This document shows, piece after piece, positions 56,901 through 62,384 of a stretch of 62,384 bases of DNA (position 1 is its first letter; every line of letters starts with the position of its first letter). A program made the position numbers and the translations under genes. Location: IMG/VR virus record IMGVR_UViG_3300028194_000282, positions 1 through 62,384 of that record. The stretch is one strand, 5' to 3'. Under the pieces are notes generated by a model that worked only from the letters and a program-made list of their open reading frames with translations, was not told the origin of the DNA and ran no database searches. The stretch comes from a virus. Taxonomy: Duplodnaviria > Caudoviricetes.

Positions 56901-59900
56901 CTCTGAGCATCAGCTATATTGTCTTTGCTTATTTTTCTTTGCTTAAGATTGTTTTTAATTTGACCAATCTCTTTAGATACTCTTTGATTGGTTCTAATAC
57001 CAAGCATTCTATCTAATGCAACTGTTAACTCTAATTGTGTTTGTTCAGGTTGCACTTGGAAGATAGGATTAGCTTTTAAAATATCTAAAGCTTTTTGTCT
57101 TACCTCAGCAAATGATTTAGTTCTTTCCGGAACTCCTCGTCCAACTCTTTTGCTTCCTGAAAAAGCAAACTCATTTATCTTTGCTCTAACTTCATTAAAC
57201 AATTTGAATCCAACTTTTGCACCACCATCTACATTTCCAAACTCTCTTGGCAGTGGCTTAGTAAGGTCTATATTAACAACCATTGCGTTATTTATATCCT
57301 TAGCCTTAAAGCCTCTGTTTTTTAATACCACTCTTATAGACTCATCATTTATAAACTGCTCTCTACCTTGTTGAATAATACTCTCCATAGAGATATCAGA
57401 ACTAAACATAGCTTCAGGATTTTTCAAGGCTATCATCTGTTCATCTGTCATCTTGATTTCTTTTCCTGCAAAAATATCTGCAAGTGCAGTACCTAAGAAT
57501 TGGTCTAGAGTTAAGTCTTGTATCTCTTGTTCACTTAAGTCTGTTGATAGTTTAAACTTTCTTTGTATGTATTGCCACATACCAAGAAGCCATTCTTGAA
57601 ACTTAGATTTAACTGAAGCATCTGCAATGGTCTGTCCTTTGTTACCAATTAAAATAGCCATCGCTTCATTAGTTGCTTTAGTAACATCACCATTAAATCT
57701 TTCAAGTTGTGTTTTAAAAGTATCAGTTTGTTGCACTAATTCTGCACCCTGCTTGTATATTTTTCTTCCTTGTTCTGTTGTCTGTAAATAGTCTGTCCAA
57801 ACGTGACCCATCTCGTGAATAGATGTGTTGAATAAAGCAGACTCTGAGTTGTGTACTTCAGGGTTAATATAAATATCCCCGTCTACTGTAACACCATATA
57901 CTACTTCGTTTCCTTTTAAATACTTAGTCACATTGTCTTGTGACATTACATTATTAAATGAGTTAGCATCGGTATTAATTACAACACCGGGAAATGAAAT
58001 ATTCATAAATGCATTAAGCTTATCTACATTGCTCGGATTAGAATTTGCAATTACTCCAACATAATCAAATGATGGGATACCAATCCCTACTCCTGTTTGT
58101 TGTGCTCTTAATGTTTTGGTAGATGTTGGCTTCTTCTTACTTGCTTTTTGTTTATCAGTGTCAGTTGAAACTTCTGTTGTCTTTTGTTTTTCGCTTTCAA
58201 TTAGTTTTGAAAACACTTTCCCATAAGCTTTCGGATACACTTTAGCCATCTGTTGAGGGTTCTCTAGAATACCTATAGACTTTCCTCTAACTCCATACTT
58301 ATAGTTAGGATGTGTAGTTTCAACAACACCGGGATTCAAAACGTCAACACCAACAATAGAGATTACATTTCCAATAGGAACATTTCTTAATTGTGGGTCT
58401 GTTACAACATCAGTTATAACACCTATGTTTATTAAATCAGTTTTAGTACTTACACCTTTAAGTAAAACTTGTGGTACTGCTTTGGTTTTAGCATTAACTG
58501 TTCCTGCTTTTTTAGACTTCTGATTAGGTGTATTAGCCTTACCTGTTGTAGCGAGTCTTATTAAATGACTTCTAACCGGCAACGGTAAGGTTTGAATAAA
58601 TTCATTACTAAAAACATCATCTATGCTTTTAGGATTTAATTTCTCAATAGCATCTTGTAATTGCTGAAACTCACTCAACTCTTTTGTTGGTTTTGCTTTA
58701 GCTTGTTGTCTAGCTACTTCGGCAGCAATCTCTGTTTTTAAAACAGGTATAGCTGCTTTTCTATTTGTCTCAGGTAATGTTTTAAGATTATCAAGCAATA
58801 CTCTAGATACTGCTTCATTTGATATCATAGCATTCTCACCCATCTTAACTACGTTCATAGGAACTAAGCCATTGTATTCAGGGTTTGCTGCCCACCAAGA
58901 ATCAAATACTTCTTTATTGTTTTGATATACTTGTTCGGCTTTGTTTATTGTGGTCTGTGCTTCTTTCTCAGTAACATTTGCCCAAGCTGCATTCTCATTT
59001 CCTGTTGTTCCGTTAAAACCTACTGCTCCTTTTAAGTTGTCTATTGTGTTGCCTGTCGTGGAATTCACTACGTTCCCCGTAGTTAGTTGGTCGCTTATCG
59101 TAAAAATAGTTGGTATACCTTTAATTACTTCTAGCTTAGTAATCTTAAGTGGGTTATCAGTTCTTGTGTTTAACTCTTCTACATTTATATCTGCAGACTC
59201 TTCTGTGCTTTCAATAACTGTTTCTACATTAGGAGATTCTATCTCGTTAATTTCTGTAGTTATGTCAATCTCATCAGGACCTACATTATCAGTATTGTTT
59301 TCGTTGTCAGTTTGAATTTTAAAATCAACCTTTGGTTTTTTACCATCTAGTGATGCTTCCAAGTCAGCCACCTCTTGTGCTTGAACATCATTATCCATTA
59401 CTGACTCTTCTTGATTTAGTGTCTTTGAAGACACTCCATCTTCTGCAGTAGTTTGTACAATGTCTGTTGTGGTTTCAGTAGGTGCTGCTTCATTAGTTAC
59501 ACTCTCTGCTTCATTAGTTGTAGTCTCAGCAGCAGGAGTTTCAAGATTACCTTCATCAACAACAAGACTTCCATCATCTGATATCTTTACTTTCTCTTGT
59601 ATAGGAGCAACCTTAGCCTCCACCATTTTATTAGCTAAGTATTGAGCAGTTTCATCATCATTATCTATAGATGCGTTTAAACGACCTAAGTCTCTTGGGT
59701 CTAACTCATTTATATAATTTAGAAACTCTTCCTTAGAAACCTCTGTAAACTGCCCTAGCTTACCTCTAAATCCTTTTTGGATTCTATATGTTTGCTTTCC
59801 TGCTCTTAAATCTGTACCTGCATTTTGTTCGCTTGGAGATAGCACACCCTCTCCTGCTAGTCTAGTTTCCTGACTAGGGTCAAGTAAAGTTTTAGTGCTA

Positions 59901-62384
59901 ATGATTTCAGCTAACTCTGAATTTATTTGTTTTAGTTTAGGACCAAACACTGCTTTTCTGTTTGGAGTACTTGATAGTTCTTCTTTAGCTTGAAGCAAAG
60001 TCATTACTCTAGCTTCTAATTGCGTAGCGTTCTTACCTCTAAATCTTTTTCCATACTTAGATGTCTGCAATAATTCCATTGCAGTTTTTCTTACCCCTAC
60101 ATTTTGTTGTATTAGTTGGTTTGTCTCTGCATCTATCTTGCCTAACTTTTCCATATTGTTTGCCCAAGCCGATATCTGACTATCAGTGGACAACTCTTTT
60201 GACATAAAATTTATGTTGGTTAAGTTAGTGGCTAATTCTAAATCATTTCTTGACCTAACTTCTAAAGCTAAGTTAATACTCATATTAGATGTATTGTTTC
60301 CAATACCACCACCCATCTCTGCAACAATTTCTTTCCAATCTAAATCATCACCAACATTCATTTGTGCCAAGTACTCTCCTGTACCTTCTCCTATTGGGTC
60401 AGCAATAAGTCTTTCAGCAGTTAGTGCTGCTATTCTTTTACCTCTTGTTGCAACTGAACCGGTTCTAAGTAAGTTACCTGCTAGTTTTGCAGTAATTAAA
60501 TCTACAATGGCAATTGGTATACCTCTTTTTAAACCTCTTTCTAATCCTTCATCCCATACATCTTGGTCGTTTAATGCTGCTGCAACTGACTCAGGGTCTG
60601 TTATATCATAATCTTGATTTGTCATAGCCTCTATCATTGCATTGGTATATTCCATTGCGACTGATGTTGATGCAAAACCTGTTCTAAATCCCCAAATACC
60701 ACCCGTTGCTGCACCTGCTCCTGCAGTTACAACACCACCGGGTCCTGTAACGAATCCTGTAGAACCAATTGCAAATCCTGTACCTATACCTGCCAAGGTT
60801 GTACTTGCTATAATTTTAGAACCATAGGGAGCCATCATAGCCAAACTCTGTCCTGCTAATGTTGTTGCCCACTCTAAAGGGTTGTCTGATATAACATCCC
60901 AACTTTCGTCAAATCCGTTAGCGTTACCCCACCTTGTCAATACTCTAGACTTAGTGCTTGCTCTATTTTCTAAGAATCCTACAATTTGTTCAGCAGCTTT
61001 CTTGGTAGACTCTGGGTCATCTAAATCGTAACCACCCAATAGTTCAGGAAACATTGATGCCATAAGAATAACATCCCCTGCTTTACCTCTAGCTAAACCG
61101 TTTTGAATTTCTGCAGTAAACCCATTCCAATTATCTGAGTACTCTAACTGTGCACTCTTGTCGTGTTTCATTGTATAATAAAGCTGAGAGTTCTCATAAA
61201 CATCTGCAGCTTTTTCAGATTGAGTTAAAGCTAATTGATATGCTTCTTTAGTTTGATTTATTAAAGCAGCCTCTTGTTCATCCTTTGGAACTATAGAGTT
61301 TAGGTTGTTTGCTTTGACACCAAACATTAATAAAGAAGCTTCTTCAACTCTATCTTGTTCTATTCTAGCTTTACGATTAACTTGTATTGCTCTACCTGCA
61401 GATTGTTTGTGTTGCTTTGCTAAAAACAAATCAAATTCTTCACGAACTAATTCAGTATCATCATTTAAGTAATCATCTTTAATTTCTTCATACCTAGTAG
61501 TTACTTCATCTAAAACTTCATCATAATCATAACGAAGCTTTCCGTTCACATATAAACTAGAGAATTGTTTTTGTTCTTCAGGAGATAAATCTTCTTGTTT
61601 GAAATTAGGATTGTTTTCTAAAAAGTCTTTTAATCCTTTTATTTCTTGGTATTCATCTATAATCTTTCGTTCTCTATTATAGTCTAAACCTCTCTCATCA
61701 TAAAAAGCTTTAGCTTCAGCATCTTGTGTGCTTACATTTTTCCAAGAACCTGCAGCAAAATCATCTGCCTCTTCTTTGGTATCAAACTTAAAAACCTCAC
61801 CTCTTTCTTGAGCAAGTGCTAAAGCCTGTCTAAAGGGTAGTTCATCCCAATACAATGGATTAGATGTGTAGCTATTAGGGTCTTTAGGAAATAAGGTTGG
61901 TATAACTATATTCTGTCCGTCTAATGTTCCTGACTGAAAGTTAGTTGCAGAGTGTCCACCACCTTTATTTGTTCTACCAACTTCTCTTAAGTTTTTTGCT
62001 CTAATTGCTTGAGTTACTTCATCAGCTACAGGAGCATCCTCCTCAAATTCAGTAATATTATTTTTAATAAAATTCTTTAACCTCTGTGCTTCTGTAATCT
62101 CTGTAGAATTTGTAAAAGGGTCAAGGTCTATTGTAATGGTATTAGCACCGTCAGGTGAGTTTACAATTACTGCATCACCAATTCCTGTTTCCTCAAAACC
62201 AAACCCGTATTTTTTAAAGTTGTCTATTAGAAAAGGAACAACTTCTTCTTCTGTTTGGTCTATAAGAGCAGCATCTATCTTGCTTATGTCACTTTGGAAA
62301 CCTTCGCTGCTTGTTATGCCTAAAGCTTGTGCTTCAGCCATTTCTCTTGCTTGTAGTTCTGCAAGTCTTTCTCTTTCTTGTTGT
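53999..62384 (-). CDS. Giant virion protein (~2958 aa including 1..689) with HExxH metallopeptidase motif
   Basis: Uninterrupted ORF; HEMGH at 57863-57877 with downstream NEAMA; Gly/Ala-rich hydrophobic segment. Confidence 0.85.
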   Translation of the reverse strand, partial: QQERERLAELQAREMAEAQALGITSSEGFQSDISKIDAALIDQTEEEVVPFLIDNFKKYGFGFEETGIGDAVIVNSPDGANTITIDLDPFTNSTEITEAQRLKNFIKNNITEFEEDAPVADEVTQAIRAKNLREVGRTNKGGGHSATNFQSGTLDGQNIVIPTLFPKDPNSYTSNPLYWDELPFRQALALAQERGEVFKFDTKEEADDFAAGSWKNVSTQDAEAKAFYDERGLDYNRERKIIDEYQEIKGLKDFLENNPNFKQEDLSPEEQKQFSSLYVNGKLRYDYDEVLDEVTTRYEEIKDDYLNDDTELVREEFDLFLAKQHKQSAGRAIQVNRKARIEQDRVEEASLLMFGVKANNLNSIVPKDEQEAALINQTKEAYQLALTQSEKAADVYENSQLYYTMKHDKSAQLEYSDNWNGFTAEIQNGLARGKAGDVILMASMFPELLGGYDLDDPESTKKAAEQIVGFLENRASTKSRVLTRWGNANGFDESWDVISDNPLEWATTLAGQSLAMMAPYGSKIIASTTLAGIGTGFAIGSTGFVTGPGGVVTAGAGAATGGIWGFRTGFASTSVAMEYTNAMIEAMTNQDYDITDPESVAAALNDQDVWDEGLERGLKRGIPIAIVDLITAKLAGNLLRTGSVATRGKRIAALTAERLIADPIGEGTGEYLAQMNVGDDLDWKEIVAEMGGGIGNNTSNMSINLALEVRSRNDLELATNLTNINFMSKELSTDSQISAWANNMEKLGKIDAETNQLIQQNVGVRKTAMELLQTSKYGKRFRGKNATQLEARVMTLLQAKEELSSTPNRKAVFGPKLKQINSELAEIISTKTLLDPSQETRLAGEGVLSPSEQNAGTDLRAGKQTYRIQKGFRGKLGQFTEVSKEEFLNYINELDPRDLGRLNASIDNDDETAQYLANKMVEAKVAPIQEKVKISDDGSLVVDEGNLETPAAETTTNEAESVTNEAAPTETTTDIVQTTAEDGVSSKTLNQEESVMDNDVQAQEVADLEASLDGKKPKVDFKIQTDNENNTDNVGPDEIDITTEINEIESPNVETVIESTEESADINVEELNTRTDNPLKITKLEVIKGIPTIFTISDQLTTGNVVNSTTGNTIDNLKGAVGFNGTTGNENAAWANVTEKEAQTTINKAEQVYQNNKEVFDSWWAANPEYNGLVPMNVVKMGENAMISNEAVSRVLLDNLKTLPETNRKAAIPVLKTEIAAEVARQQAKAKPTKELSEFQQLQDAIEKLNPKSIDDVFSNEFIQTLPLPVRSHLIRLATTGKANTPNQKSKKAGTVNAKTKAVPQVLLKGVSTKTDLINIGVITDVVTDPQLRNVPIGNVISIVGVDVLNPGVVETTHPNYKYGVRGKSIGILENPQQMAKVYPKAYGKVFSKLIESEKQKTTEVSTDTDKQKASKKKPTSTKTLRAQQTGVGIGIPSFDYVGVIANSNPSNVDKLNAFMNISFPGVVINTDANSFNNVMSQDNVTKYLKGNEVVYGVTVDGDIYINPEVHNSESALFNTSIHEMGHVWTDYLQTTEQGRKIYKQGAELVQQTDTFKTQLERFNGDVTKATNEAMAILIGNKGQTIADASVKSKFQEWLLGMWQYIQRKFKLSTDLSEQEIQDLTLDQFLGTALADIFAGKEIKMTDEQMIALKNPEAMFSSDISMESIIQQGREQFINDESIRVVLKNRGFKAKDINNAMVVNIDLTKPLPREFGNVDGGAKVGFKLFNEVRAKINEFAFSGSKRVGRGVPERTKSFAEVRQKALDILKANPIFQVQPEQTQLELTVALDRMLGIRTNQRVSKEIGQIKNNLKQRKISKDNIADAQRRMRTIIRKLLPNSKNYSNKAINSLLKTINTTTPKNFVGKVSEVLTQVEAQRLVQRNILIDKIAKLVKSKVKVRKTASGKRRSAGLDAPGQSYFTQVEKVLNAAKKGDLQAIIDLQESINPEAYEQALIDKEAGKKLTSKQQVLLDRQLAIDTFGDVLNMDLQQVEDLFVDVKATSSESIANLNNRRNTRREALNEIKEEFKAEIESNYEFLFDEDGNPLNKNQVKTRQEKIREGFEKNGLFGGLRTFFKTFYDGEQLKSNGVVKFMENKIAHLGTVARKLDGNTRGMFTRIFFDRLNDFDENTLKGIRRTESKMNSMAQSTNKKDWTDWKYSLGTETQEFTMINSKTGKPANKRLNKDQAMRLYALSKNKIQGKKLERQKLDIEGIKTFIGPDNVALVDQAVDFLSNSYFEETNDVYIQVNDIGLGFVENYFPTRTIKEQITAEMIGAGQFQNIFDTEFSPAFKERFDKTNDVEIGQSFSEVMEDHVNQMEKYKAYAVGVKEMSQVLKDPSINLLLEQTGLKGLFLSNLNYAINPDSGPSVDQDVVSWIQNKFTGFALALKPVQIVKQASSFYQAFEKYSATPQPNKIPGYDLINFAYDYFKVIARLPSEIKESRDISATFDARLKKGLAGDIFGLESGSRTYKSLKADQGRKGKLSRGFEKVKGFTTVAGDILGVLGYKAVYNRAIANGMGKAEALRLFNEFNSTQQTRRATEKSPMQQSTDVFNRFFTMFGSSLFLMMNNVGQAGSAIVSGKAGKSDYRKFVLNYAVANVMFTAMSYAPALLVGKGDERDRALRALRDAALGLNLLYSVPILGAGIESAVAKISGDRKPISDGVNPLTSVVRKVDKAYKEMKEDGSILAVVQPIFEIIAGMQLDSPIGVAKILGGDFDDDNIYDATGVTPSYRPGYGTKKKKTTTKKKKTSKADLKLIDPELYEDIYGKGSDIYDIKQEMKDLRKELKDEMSDY
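59419..59434. repeat. 16-bp motif copy 11 (inside giant gene, encodes VSSKT)
   Basis: Exact match. Confidence 0.95.
62187..62384. repeat. Terminal overlap copy 2 (same as 1-198)
   Basis: Direct comparison. Confidence 0.97.

Noticed and set aside
13917-59434. 16-bp repeats as a CRISPR array or insertion-sequence ends
   Set aside because: Copies are hundreds to thousands of bp apart and sit within intact ORFs; no spacers, cas genes, transposase or target duplications
1-62384. Stop-codon recoding as in some crAss-like phages
   Set aside because: Genes are long and intact in the standard code, TAG and TGA both end genes, and there is no suppressor tRNA

Overview
Apparently complete, circularly permuted ~62.2 kb genome of a tailed (podovirus-type) phage. 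The window ends overlap: 1-198 = 62187-62384 with one mismatch. The host is probably a Bacteroidota/Flavobacteriia bacterium, since TAnnTTTG -7 promoter boxes precede many genes. Minus strand (37585 down to 1, continuing 62384 down to 53835): GroEL/GroES, a cluster of tiny basic peptides, lysis genes, tail fibres (one collagen-like), a SET-domain and 2OG-Fe(II) oxygenase pair, terminase, portal, capsid, tail proteins and a ~2958-aa virion protein with an HExxH motif that spans the junction. Plus strand (39140-53876): early genes (amidoligase, GATase-GGCT fusion), recombination genes, primase-helicase and SF2 helicase. I recognised no DNA polymerase, integrase or DNA methylase. One tRNA-Arg(TCT) is present. 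Most striking non-gene signals: (1) a 16-bp near-palindrome GTGTCTT(TG/CA)AAGACAC at 11 dispersed sites, six inside genes and read in four different frames; (2) a type III hammerhead ribozyme in the early operon; (3) two separate origin-like elements with the same architecture; (4) strong avoidance of GATC, CATG and the asymmetric CCAG/CTGG; (5) a G-quadruplex motif at the strand-switch region. All product calls come from motif recognition by eye, with no database searches.
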